NCBI GenBank assembly: GCA_002104945.1
Contig: MCFH01000036.1
Location: 62,001-126,000, forward strand
Length of the DNA stretch: 64,000 nt
DNA from: Piromyces finnis finn
Lineage: Eukaryota; Fungi; Neocallimastigomycota
Direction of reading: 5' to 3'
Shown: one piece after another, positions 1 through 13,916 of the stretch
How the letters are laid out: each line of letters opens with the position of its first letter
Position numbering within the stretch: position 1 is the first letter of the stretch
The notes under the pieces: model-generated
Told to the model about the DNA's origin: nothing
The model's database searches: none
What the model saw: only the letters and a program-made list of their open reading frames with translations
Position numbers and translations under genes: made by a program

Positions 1-538
1 AAAAAAAAAAAAGTAAAAAATAGAGTTTCTTTATTTTATAAGCATTTCAATTCTTAATAAAAAGAAAAAGAAAAGAAAAATATAACATTAAAAACCAACT
101 TAATAATGTTACCTTTTAGGTAAAAATTAAAATTCAATCTTTAAAAAAAAATTTTTTTTTTTAATTATAATAATTATTATTATTATTAAATGTTTATTAA
201 TGATTTAAAAAAAAATGTTTTTTTTTTTATATATATATATAAAATATACCTTTAAAAACAAAAAAAAAAAAATACGCAAAATTCAAAATTATTTAATTTA
301 TTATTAAAAGCTCTCATCTACTAATCAATTTTATTAAACTTGTATATTTATTGATAATTTGAATATATCTATCTATTTATATATTATAAATAATTAGATA
401 TATAATATACCAATGCTTTTGAAAAAAAGAAAATAATTATACAATTAAAAAATTTATAAATATTTTTGCATTAATTTCCCTATATATAATAAAACAAATA
501 ATCATTTATTTTATAATTATCAACTTAACATATTAAAA

Positions 539-2076
539 ATGAGTACGAGATCATTAAGAAGTAGAAATAAGAGAAAATCTTCAACTAATGTTAGGTATTC
601 TGAAATATAATTTTAAATTATTTATGCATATGTAATCATATAGAAAATATTATAGATGTATAATAAACATTTATAAAATTGAATTCCCCAATACAAATTT
701 CAATTTAAAAAAAAAGAAAAAAAAGAAACCTAAAATCACAGAATATAAAATATAATGATTTTTATAATTACTTTTTAATAATAGTTAAACTCATTTTATA
801 TAACAAATATTTAAAATAATTTTTCTTCTATTATTTTTATAAATATAATTTTTAATAACTTTTTTTTTTCTTTTTTAATTAATATTAATAATAAAATCTA
901 TAAATTATTAAGTTCTTCATTATATCTCGGTTATGTTGAAGATGAAGAAACTATAGAATCTATTATGAAAAAATTTGAAGAAATGGAAAAATTAAAAAAA
1001 GAAATTGCTGAACAAAAAGAAAAAGAAAAAAATAGTGAAAATGATAATGGTAATAATGAAAATAATCAAGATACTAATGGAAACGAAGAGTTAACTTTCA
1101 CAGAAGAGCAGTATGAGGAATTATTCAAAAGAACTGCATCTTTTACACCAGAAACATTAGATGCTGATATTGCACACATGGAAGATTGGGAATTTTATGA
1201 CCCAATTGATGAAGACAATGAAGAAAAGTAAAGTTTATTTATTATATAGTTAAATGAAAAATGACTAGTTAATATTATAAAATAATTTGGAATGATTTTG
1301 ATATTGGATATAATAATAATAATAATAATTATAATACTGGATGTTAAATTATTACATAAAAAAATATGATAACAATTCAACAAAATTCATATTCACAATA
1401 CACAATAGTATCATTTATTAATTAATATAATAATGTCGTTCATTGATAATTATCATTAATGAAAATATTTAAACAAAAAATTAATTTATAATTATATTTA
1501 TATTCATTTCTATTTTATTAAATTTCACATACATATTAAAAATTTTATTTCCTTTTTATCTTATAAGTGATTATTGGTTCGTTGATGATGACTTTGCCTG
1601 GGAAGATGATGAACCAGAAATTAAAAGACACAAGAGAGGACCTGGCTCTTACAATTCTTCAAGAGAAAGTATATTAAACAAATATAAAATTATGCAAATT
1701 CAAATGCAAGATAGAAATGGTAATTATGTTACTGTAAAAAGAAGAATAGCGTAAGTATAATTTTTTTTTTAAATTTTAATTAAAATGAAGTAGAAAATAA
1801 TATGTTTTATAAATTTTATAGTTATATATATTGAATTGTGATATTAATATATTCAAAAAATTAAATATTTTATAGGTCTACCGATCCAAGTTTACCAACA
1901 TATATTCGTATTTTACCACTTCCAATTTCTAGATCATGGTCAAAATGTATAAAGCCATTATCCGAAACAAAATATGTCCCAACAGAAGGTTTTAGGTAAC
2001 AATCATAATATATATATTTCAATATGTAAAGTTTTTGTTTTTGTAAAAAGGTTTAATAATAGTGTATATTTATTTC

Positions 2077-2110
<34 letters not shown>

Positions 2111-3020
2111 AAAGATATTTTGAAGATGATATATTTAATTTTGATTTCAGTAAAATTGGTAATGATTTCCAAGCTATATATATGGATCCTCCACTTTTAC
2201 TTCCAGGAGAAGAAAAAACACCAGGAAAAATCACTATTGAGCAATTTGTAAGTACCTTTACATTTAATAAAAATAAAAAAAAAAAAGCGCAATCTATATA
2301 TATATATATATTTAAATTATCAATAATCAATATTTATTAAACGTTATAACTATGTATGAAAAATTATAAAATAATTTATTTAAGGGTTCATTAAAAATTT
2401 CACGTTTAGTAAAGAAAGGTTTCTTATTTATATGGTGTGAAAAGGAATATATACCAAATCTTATACAAATATGCGATAAATGGGGCTTTAAATATGTTGA
2501 AAACTTTGCTTGGATTAAAAAATACATTAATAATCGTATTGTTAAACAACCATATACTTATTTCAATAAATCAAAGATTACATGTTTCATATTTAGAAAG
2601 GTAAATAATCACTATATTGTGATTGAATAAAAATAATCAACATACTAAAAATAAAAATATTAACTGATAAATAGGAAGGTGATGTTGAATTACGTCATCA
2701 ACGTAATCCAGATTGTGAATTCGATTATATAAAACCAAAAATACCAGGTGAATTAACTGAACAAAAACCAGAATTTATATATAAAGTAATCGAAACATTA
2801 TTACCTCAAGCAAGATATAGTCCAACTAATAATAAGGGTACAAAACTTTTAGAATTGTAGGTTTTATTATTATTATTATTTTAATTATATGATAATTGAT
2901 GATTTTTTTATATGAATGTTTAAATAACAAATATTTATGTTTAATAATTTTTAAAATAGATTTGGTCGTAAAGATCATAAAAGAAAAGGGTGGACTTCAA
3001 TTGTTCAAAAATCCGAGTAA
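539..3020 (+). CDS. MT-A70 family adenine methyltransferase-like protein, 8 exons, probably the MTA9/AMT6-7-type partner subunit
   Basis: GT-AG exons joined by eye keep one frame: 539-594, 913-1227, 1568-1750, 1876-1995, 2115-2247, 2385-2600, 2675-2856, 2960-3020. The product contains AIYMDPPL (motif IV, DPPW-like), GFLFIW, WGFKYVENFAWIK, ELRHQRNPDC, EQKPEFIYKVIETL and LLELFGR, which match MT-A70 fold motifs. Confidence 0.88.
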
Positions 3021-3859
3021 TTTTTTCCTTTATTATTTTTTTTTTATATTTACTTTTATTTTTAATATATAATAAATAAAAATATTTTTTATACAAGAAA
3101 AACATATATATAATTTGTTTAGTTTAAATAAAAAAAACTTAATATTTTTTTAATTATTTTTTTTTTTTTTTTTTTTTTGCTTTTATTTATGACAAAGTGT
3201 GAAGACTATAATTTAAATTCAAATTAAATAGTATAATATATCTTGACATATTAAAGTTATTTACTTCTTTTATTATATTTATAAATATTTTTTTTCAAAT
3301 ATAATCGTTTGATATATATAAATAGTATTAAAATATAAAATCAAAAAAAATCTTTCAATTTTGAAGTTTTATAATTTCAGTTATTTAACTTTTTTTTTTT
3401 TTTTTTTTTTTTTGTTGTTGTTGTTGTTGTTGACATTTATAATTAGTTGGTATATCAAACCTTTGATATTAATAATAATAAAATATATAATAAAGTTTTA
3501 AGTTTGGGTATTATTAATAATTATTCATATATAAAATAAAGTTAATTTAAAATATAACTAATACTTTTATATTACATTTCATTAACAATATAAATACTAA
3601 TGTATTCTATTAAAAAATACATAATATTTAATTATTATTGATAATTTAAATAGTAATAATCATTAATGATTTATTATTTATAAAAGATGCAAAATAATAA
3701 ATGATATTAAAATATTTTTTATAGAAAGTTTTATAATTTTTATATTAATTTTATAAAAATAAAAAATTGGAAATGTGTCTATGATATTATTTTTTTAAAA
3801 AAAGTTTTGTGATGATAAATAATTATTGATATTATGATATTATGATAGAAATTATTTCT

Positions 3860-4044
3860 TCAACGACATAATAAATCATAATTATTGTTTCGACTTTCTT
3901 CTAATTCCCTATCTATGCCAGGTAAACGTGCCCATAATAAGAAATTCTTACCTTCGGGTGAATATAATTTTTCATTAGAACAATAAATTTTTTTATAATA
4001 GTTTTAAAAATTAATATTTTTTTTTAAAAAAAAAAAAAAGTTTA

Positions 4045-4108
<64 letters not shown>

Positions 4109-4830
4109 TTGAAAAAATACCAGAAGAATCTAATCTTTCTCTTGGTATTACACTATCAGATAAAAACATCCAGAAATGTCCATTATTACATGATTCTAAA
4201 CATGTTTCACATGGATGAGTAACATGATACCCTATTACGTTTCCACTGTTAATTTTTAATATTTAAAAGCTTTAATAAAAATAGCTATTATAGATATATT
4301 GTAATATATAGTGTTAAAAAAATCTTTTATATATACCATACTAAACATGCTAAATCTCTAATTTTACAATGACAATTACAGGTCATATAATCTTTGTCAA
4401 CTAATTGTATTCTTTTACATATATAAATTATAAAATTTTTATTTTATAAAAAAAAAATATTTAATACTAAGAGTTAAAAAACATTATTGATTTTTATATT
4501 AATTATATATTCTAAATTAATAAATACCTCCCTGATGGTGGTGAATCTGTAGAATATAATTCCACTCTAAATTTATTTTATATATTTAAAAATTATTTAT
4601 TAAAAATAAGCACTTTTTATTTTATCATATGAAAGATAGTATTATATAAAGATATTTAAAATAAACTTTTTTTTTATTTGATAATATCTATACCTGGTAT
4701 CTCCAAGAAGAATAGCTTTCATACCTCTATTACAAACAACTGTATAACAATGTTTACATGATAATTCATAAACAGTTTTTGAGTGAAAATATGAATTTAT
4801 TGATGATGATCCATTAATTGAATTGGACAT
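3860..4830 (-). CDS. FAM72: FAM72-family Cys-rich protein, 5 exons
   Basis: Spliced product reads VYELSCKHCYTVVCNRGMKAILLGDTRVELYSTDSPP...[40 protein letters not shown]...RLDSSGKNFLLWARLP. This closely follows the FAM72 signature (RGMKAxLL, CxCKxxDxACLxCGNxxGYHV, [9 protein letters not shown]). Stop TGA at 3860-3862. Confidence 0.88.
4045..4108. repeat. (TAT)n microsatellite in FAM72 intron
   Basis: About 20 consecutive TAT units. Confidence 0.95.
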
Positions 4831-6715
4831 TGGTTATAAATGAATAAAATATTCTTTTTTTTTTTTATATTTTTAAGTGATGTAAATATAAAATTATTAT
4901 AAAATTTTACTATTTTTATTTATTTATCTTGCTTATGAATATTTTTATTATTGTGATTTTTTTACTTTTTGTTCGATAAAAATCTAAGATTTTGAGAAGC
5001 TCTAATTATATAATTTTTAACTAAAAAATATTTATAAAAATAAAATATATACAATAAATAATATTAATATTTTATCAGTTAAATATAATTCTTATAATTT
5101 ATAATAATATTATAAATATTATATCCATCAGTATTATCAGTATTATTAATGAAATTTCATAAAGAATTAATAAAGCAGTCGATAAGGTTAATTAATAATT
5201 TTTTTATATCATACAATTTGTCAATATCAAGTTTTATTGTTTATATTCATTTATAATATATTAAAAATAATACAAGTATTACAAGTAATACTATTAAATA
5301 TAACTTATATTTTTGTTATTATTATTTTACACTTCTATATGAATAGTAATAATAATAATAATAGCTTGACATCGATAATTATTAGTAATAAATAATGAAA
5401 ATTATATTTAACTTGCTAAATTAAACATTATATATTGTTTCTCTATTTTAGTTAAGAGTTTTAACTCGAAAAAAAAAAAAAGCGTTTTTATTAATTTTTA
5501 ATAATTACCATTAATAATTATTTAAAAACTTTTTATTAATACTGTTTTGTTTTTATCAAAACCTTGGCTTTATTATTTTTAAATATGTATTTATATTAAT
5601 TGTTATTTTATTTCTTTTTTTTTAATTTTTTTTTGCCTTGTTCTATATGAATAAAGTCAAGGCATACAAAAAAAATATTTTGAAATGTAATCATATTTAC
5701 TTTTATAAAAGCAATAATAATAGTAATAAGCTTTAAAATTATAACATCAACATCAACAACACAAAATGATATAAAATAAAGTTAATAAACTTTCATTATA
5801 TATATTAATGTGATTTTGATTTATGTTTTTTTTTTTTTTTTTTTTTATTCAAGTTTAATTTAATCTTTTTTTTTTATTTTTCTTTCTTTTCTTTATTCTC
5901 TTTAGATTTCATTAAAACCAATTTTAAATTTAATATAACAATAATTAAACAAATTTTAAAACATAAGAAAATAAAAGGTTTAAAATTTAACAACAAATTT
6001 TAATCATTCACTTTTTTTTTTAACTTTTTTATCATAAATAGTAATTACTATCTAACAATCTTCTTTATTATTATTACAGCTTTTTTTTTTTAACATATTT
6101 CTTTTAAAATTTCAAAATTAAACTTCATATTTTTTAATATGAAGTTTTAAATTATTTTATTTTGTTAAACATTTAAATTTTATTATAGTAAACTGATTTA
6201 TTAATGATGTAAAAATATAAAGATTACTGTTTTAATGTTTATTCATTTATTAATATATACTAAATTTATATGATATAATTATATTTGTTGCATTTATTTA
6301 TCATAATTTTCTTTTAAATATATATAATATTTAAAAAAAAAAATAATAATAAAATAAATAAATAATATTGATAATAATGTCATTGTAGTATTATTTAATT
6401 TTTATAAGAATATATAATAATTTAATATTCAATGTTAAAAATTATATGATTCCGTAATTAATATAGAACAAAAGTTAACTTTATATAACAGCAAATGATT
6501 AAGAAAGACTTCTATGTTCATTTCTATAATTATAAAAATAAAAGATTAAATATACTGACTATCTAGATTACATATTAAAGATTCTTTATAAATATTATTC
6601 AACTGACATATATGAAATTTTCATAAAAAAAAAAGTATATATATAGTAAATTAGAAAGAAAAATAATAATTTTTATCATAATATTTATATTTTCTTATTG
6701 TATTAGTTAATATAT

Positions 6716-9657
6716 TTATTCATTATTTTCATCAAAAATATCTTCGATATTTAATCCTCCAATTTCGTCAATTCTATCTAATGCTTTCTCATCTATTGTT
6801 AATATTTCAAATAAATCATTGATAAATAGTCTGGCTGTTAAACGGAAATTATATATACTTTGCATTTTTAAGGATTCTATATAAAGATCTATACTTTGGA
6901 ATTCATATGGTGTCTCATGACATATCCTAGATTATAATTTTTTTTATTTAAAAATATGGAAATAAATAGTTAAAATCATTTTTTTTGGATAAGTTATACT
7001 TATTTACTATTATCTTAGAATTGTATATATACCTAATCAAAGTTTTAGATGCTGAATTTGATAAAATATGATTACATAAATTACCAATATTTTCTAATAT
7101 TTCATATTGGGTATCTGTAAGATTAGCTTTTGGTTTATAAAATGATGGGTATTTCATTTCACACTCTTCCTTGGTATTTTCTTCATCATCTCCACTAATT
7201 TCTTTATCTAATTTCTCTTCTTTTTCATTTGTATTAATTTCACTCTCTTGTTTTTCTTCTTTTTCTTCTTTTATATTAGTTTCACTCTCTTGTTTTTCTT
7301 CTTTTTCTTCTTTTATATTAGTTTCACTCTCTTGTTTCTCTTCTTTTTCATTTGTATTAATTTCACTCTCTTGTTTATCTTCTTTTTCTTGTCCTTGTCC
7401 TTCTTCTTCTTTATCTGTATTGGTTTTGTTGATTTGTTTCTCTTCTTCCTCACTGTTATTCATTAAAATTTCTACTTTTTCGTTGAAAATATTTTCAGAA
7501 TTATTTTCATCGAATTCTTCTTCATTACTTGATTCATCAATTTGTTCTTTTGATAAAATATTAATTCCTTGATCATTTTCATCTTCCATTGAGGTTTCAC
7601 AACTATCATTGCTTTCATTACATTCCTCTGATATTTTACCCAATTTGTTTTCACCTTTTTCTTTTTCATCATAAATACTAATAGATTTACAACTGAGTTC
7701 ATCATCATTTCTAAAGGTATATCTATTTTCAATTTTTAAAGTATTAAACATTCCTTTGTATTTCCACCGTGGAATCTATAAAAAGAAAAGGAGAAAAGTA
7801 TCATAAAAATAATTAAATTTTTAAATATTAATTAATCATTCGAACAACATATTAAAATTATAATATTTTTTATAAAAAAAATTGTTTATTTTTTAAACAT
7901 TTACATTCAAAAATTGACTAGAATGATTTGGAACACAAAAACCATTTAATTTACCAAATGGTAAATATGGTGAATTCCATCCATATTCTTCTAATTTTTC
8001 TATACCTGTGCTTGTTTTTGATATCATGCCAATAATATAATAAGAGGTTCTATTTTGTTTTATATAAAAAATATACATTAATATATATTTATTAAAGAAA
8101 AAAAAATAATTCACTCTATTTTATTGAAACATTAAATATATATTTAATTTTTAATACAATTTACCCTTTTAATGTTAAAACTTTGGATTTTTCCGCAATT
8201 TCAATAATATTCTTTATAATATCTTCTTCAAGTAAAAATGTAATACCAGATATTGAGGAACCAATATTACCAACTGCCCATAGAATACTTTTCAATTTTA
8301 ACAATTTCTTTCTATTTAAATTTTTCATTCCATATTTTCTTATATAGTTTGCAAATTCTTTGAAATGTCCCTTTTCCCTTAAAAATTCACTTCCTTCTTT
8401 ACTTTTAATTAATTCACCATAAAAATGTGGAGGTATCTCACTATTATTTTAAAAATAAAATTATATTAATATAAAAAATCTATATATAAAATTCTCATCT
8501 TCAAAAGTATATGATATTTACAGTTTTTCAATTGGTAAAGTACTTCTATTTTTTGGATCATTACAATAACCATTTATATTTAAATGTGATATTTGTGAAT
8601 TTCCATTATATGAAAATGCCTTTTCAATAGCCAATTCTAATTGAATGGTATATAAAACATTTATTTTCTATATAATTATATATTTAGAATTTCGATTTTA
8701 AAAATAAATCAATATTAAATATTCTATTGTTTGTTCTTATTTAATTCAATTCATTTTTTTTTACATACCTCATACCACTGAGTCATACATTTTTCAATAT
8801 AACCTAATTCATATAAATAATTATAACCAACACTAGTCGTCAAAAACCTATTTAAAAATATTATATATATTTAGTTTTTTTTATTAATAATTATTATTAC
8901 TTTTATTATTATTAATATATATTTTACTTTAATAATAAAGAATTTCCAATATTTCCTAAGTGTTGTAGACTTGGTCGTAAAGCTACTACAGATTCCAAAT
9001 TTTCACTATAATTACAAGCTTCTTCTAAAGTTCTCACTGCTGTTTTACAGACTTCTAAGTCAATATCATATAGCTAAAAAAATTAAATTAATAAATTATG
9101 CAATTATAATCCATATATCTTAGAAATCATATAAATACTCTAGATAGTTTAGTTACCTGCATTACTAAATATTTCATTCCCCATTTACTAATATCTTTTA
9201 CTCTTTCTTGAAGCAATTGTCTCATATATTTTGTAGCAAATAATCTTATATTCTATGCCATTCATAATTATTAATTAATTAAAAATATTATCATTATAAA
9301 ATAAATTTAAATTAAAATATTTTAATATATTATTAGCCATCTATATATTTATTTATAATAATTATTGTATTATTACTCTTGATCCGGAAGTCATTATTGT
9401 TATTAATATTACTCTTGGATGGTAATCCCTTTATATTAATTTTAAAATTAATATTTATTAATATTTATTTTTTAATAATACTATAAAGTATTTTATTTCA
9501 TATTCATATCAACACTACTTACAAATTATAGTCAAGGCTTTGTATAATAATCTTTAATAAATCATCTCTATTCTTTAAGTTTATTACTTTGTATAATTCT
9601 GTCCATATTTGATTTTTTTCCAGTATTCTTTTATTTTGATATGTTATAAAAATCATA

Positions 9658-9745
<88 letters not shown>

Positions 9746-12700
9746 ACATACTTATTTCCTTCCATAGTTTTTGTCATTACACCAATGAAATTGAAATATT
9801 CTGAAGTTAGTGTTGATTTTAATTTTCTTTCGTCAAATAAATTAATATTAGAGTCACCATTTGAAAGTGATGTTGTAGTCTATAATTAAAAAGAAATTTA
9901 ATGTCAATTATACAATATCAATTATATAAAGAGAAACATTTAAAAATATATATATACTTTTGTTAATTCTTCTAATGATTCCGATATTTGTTTAAATGGA
10001 CCACATTCTATTAATAATTTTACACCTTCAGGATTTGTTATTAATAATGAAATTATATTACATCCAATTTCTGTATATAATGTTGAATTCTTTAAAAATA
10101 ATTTACACACATATATATTAAATAACATAATATTATTAATTAATATTAATATTTTTTCAGTAAATTTAAAAAATAAAAAATATTACCATAGCTTTTAATG
10201 GTATATCTGAAAATTGATGGTTTGACGGTTTATAAAAAAGCAATAATTTTTTCATTAATCCACTTCCTAAAGTTTCTTCTAATCGTTTTGGATTTAAGAG
10301 AGGTCCTTTTACTAATTCTTTAATTGCACTCCAATTCCATTTTGAAAAATCTTTTGTATACTATAAAGGAATACAAATAGTTATAAAATTAATTGATTAT
10401 GTTTTATTTCCTATGTATTTAGTGTTATTACTTATTGTTTTTTATTCAAATATTTGAATATAAATAGATATAAACAAATATTATTCATATTAATATTTTT
10501 TAAAAAAAAAAAATAAAATTTATACCTGTGTTTCATTGACTAAATTTCTGAAATGTGTATCATCCATAACTAATCCCATCTGTAATTTAACTTGTTCAAT
10601 TTGTCTTTGAGTTCTTCCAATTTTCTTATTATCCATAGATTTTTTAAGCCCATCCTTCCATATAGTACTATTTGAAAAAAATAGTATTTATGAAAATAAA
10701 ATCTATTAATATTAAAAATTGTATAAATAACATATATATAGAAATTGATATAAATACCAATTATTAACTTCATCACTCGTAACAACAGCTACTTTCTCTT
10801 TCTTTTTTCTGAGACTATCAATATGGAAAATAGCTTCAATTGCTTTATGTCTTTGTACATCATCAAAATCTACAGCTATTTCAAATAAATTTGGAAGAGC
10901 CTATTACATTTAATTTTAATAAAATATACAATTAACATTATAGTTTGATTTTATTAGATGAATTAATATTAAAATTATTTTTACATGTAAATTTATAATA
11001 TAATCCACTGGTAATAAACGATTTGATAAATCTAAAAATTCACCAACTAACACTTTTGCTTTAGTAGAAATAACTTTATGATCCTGTTGAATTAAATGAA
11101 TCAAAACCTTTATAAAAAAAATTAATATTTAATTAAATATTAATTTAAAAAGTTATATTTAATATTATAAATTTTTATTTAATAATAATACTTCAAAAAT
11201 ATTAGATTCAATAAAAGCCATAAGCAAAATAGATAAGTAGTAATTAAATATGTTTGTTTTTGTTGACGTTTGAATAGTTGACTTGGTATCATTTCCACCA
11301 TTTTTATATGAATATGCTTTTTATTTAAAAAAATAATTAAAAGTTAATATTTTTTTATATTTTAAAAATTCTTTATATATATTTTTTTATTTACTTTTTA
11401 AATTTTTTCCTGGCATGAATTGTTTAGGTAGTTTTATTTTGAATAAATTAAAAAGCAAAGTAATAAGTACCTCCTATAATCATCAATTTTTATAAATTGA
11501 TTTAATATTTTTGTTTTTTTTTTCTTTATTTATTTAATAGTAATGTTTATATGATATGTACTTGTAATTCTTCATTTGGATATGTCATAGAATGTACTAT
11601 TGAACGAATAGATTCTTTATTATCAATACATAAATATATTAAGCCTAAAAAAAAAATAATAATATATTAATAAAAAAAAATTTTTATACTATTTTTTAAA
11701 TAATATATATGTATTTACCAGCCCAAGACTGAAATAATGTTAATATAATTTTTGAACTTGATTCTAGTTTTTTGATATATGATTGTTTGTCTGTTGTTAC
11801 TTGAGAAGAATCAGTTAATGTTGATACTATCATCTATTAATCATTAAATTAAATAAATTATATAATAAATAAATTAATAATATTTATTTATTTATTTATT
11901 ATATATATTTTTATAATTTATACTTCAACATCCACAGATGGTTTAATATAACAGCGTGTATCTTCTGAATCCAGTAAATGAACAATTGTCATTGTTAAAG
12001 TAGAAGCCATTTCACTTGGTCCATCTACTAATAAATGAAATAATGTTTTCATACCATTACATTTTGCTACTAATGCTGTATTTTTAATTGCTATTCATTA
12101 TTATAATCATTTTTTTTATTTAATATAGAATAAAAAAAAAATTTAATTTTTATTCTTCATAAATAATAAATAAAAAATTACATAATTTATATAAGGTTTA
12201 CCAAGTTCACATAATGTTAATATAAAAATATTTCTCAATTTTTCATCTATATATTCTGCAAATGCAATAATTAAACGAACAATACTTTCAGGTAATAAAT
12301 CTACTGAGTTATTCTTATCAATAATGGATCGAATAAACATTAAGGATTGTTGAAATTCTAAATTTTCCTCAAATCGAAAATTTTTATGATCTTTAATTAA
12401 TGACCTTTTTTAATTTTGAACATAGTTGTAAATATTTATTATAATAAAATTAAGAAATAAAAAATTCGTTATAATTTCAATGATAATTATGATATTTATT
12501 TTAATTAATTGTAAATATTTGTACAATTCATAAAAAGTGTTTCGATAACATAATAATTTTATACCTTATTATAAATATTTCAAAATTCATAGAAAATATC
12601 TTTTTAATATATTCTCTATTAATAGCACAATATCTTAAAATCCTTATTGAATTAGCTTTTACTTCTTTTACTTTACTTAAAATTGTTTTCCTTGCACTAA

Positions 12701-13766
12701 TTTTAAAGATATATTGTTTTAATATTTACATTTTTTGTATTATTAAAAATGTTAAATTAATTTTAAATATACAATTACAATGAATGTATATATTAAATTA
12801 ATGACAAATAGAACTTTTTTTTTTTGGTTTTATTATATTACCATAATAAAATATTGGTTACAAATGGTATATTATCGTCATTTTGAATCATTTTTATAAG
12901 TCGACATAAATTATTTTGAATTTCTAATATTTGAACACAGTCATCTATATCAATTTCTTCCAATTTTTTTACTGACTCTATTAATAATATTTTCATATTA
13001 ATAAAAGATGTTATATATGAATTCATAATTGCATATTAAAAAAATTTTTACAATAAAAAAAAATATAATTATAATAATAATTGATAATAAATTTTAGATT
13101 ATTTCTATACCTTCAATTTTTAATGTAATAATATCTATATGTTCACTCTTCACTTCATTATCTTGTGTTTTCGAAGGTTTTCTAGTTTGTACTTCATATA
13201 TTGGAAAGAAATCATCATATTGAAATGATTGTCTTCTTATTTGTTTTTCCTCTATTGAAGTATAGAAGTATAGTAATAAAATTTAAGTAAATATATATAT
13301 GTATATATATATTATTTTATATTTATATTCTATGGAGTATTTTTATCATGATTCTACAATAAATTAATAAATAAAATAATTATTTTTTTTAAAAAATAAA
13401 AAAAAAAAAACCTTTATTGAAATCAAGTATTTTTTTATTAATATTTATTTCTTTTTTAAGTTCATTAATTTTATTATCGAGTTCTCTTAATTCAGTAGTA
13501 ACTTCATTTATAGGTATAGCTGTTCCTTTCAAAGATATTTTATTAGTAATTAAAAAACCTTCTAATTCTTTTTTCTTCCTCTCTTGTAACACTAATTGTT
13601 CATTCAATTGTTTTATATTTGTCTCTGCCATTCGACAATTAATAGACGGGGTATGATCCTCAGTTATTGCATAATTAGAAAATGAACTTTTAATACATTC
13701 TGATCCTGATCTCTGCTTCTGAAATGAATAAATAAATGAACTTTGATTTGATCTAGATAAACTCAT
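6716..13766 (-). CDS. RICTOR: TORC2 subunit Rictor/Avo3 (many exons), N-terminal HR1-like coiled coil
   Basis: Exon translations include QQSLMFIRSIID...ESIVRLIIAFAEYIDEKLRNIFILTLCEL, GMKTLFHLLVDGP...HLLDSEDTRCYIKP, KAKVLVGEFLDLSNRLLP, KWNWSAIKELVKGPLLNPKRLEE...KKLLLFYKP and ALWAVGNIGSS, all typical of Rictor_N/M/V regions. Stop TAA at 6716-6718. Confidence 0.9.
9659..9742. repeat. (TAT)n microsatellite in Rictor intron
   Basis: About 28 TAT units. Confidence 0.95.
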
Positions 13767-13878
13767 TATTCTGTTTCTTAATAAATCAAATTTTATTTCT
13801 TAACTTTAATAATAAATATAATAATATTATTTCCTTTTGAAATGCTTTTCTATTGAATATTATTAATTTTTAAATATT

Positions 13879-13916
<38 letters not shown>

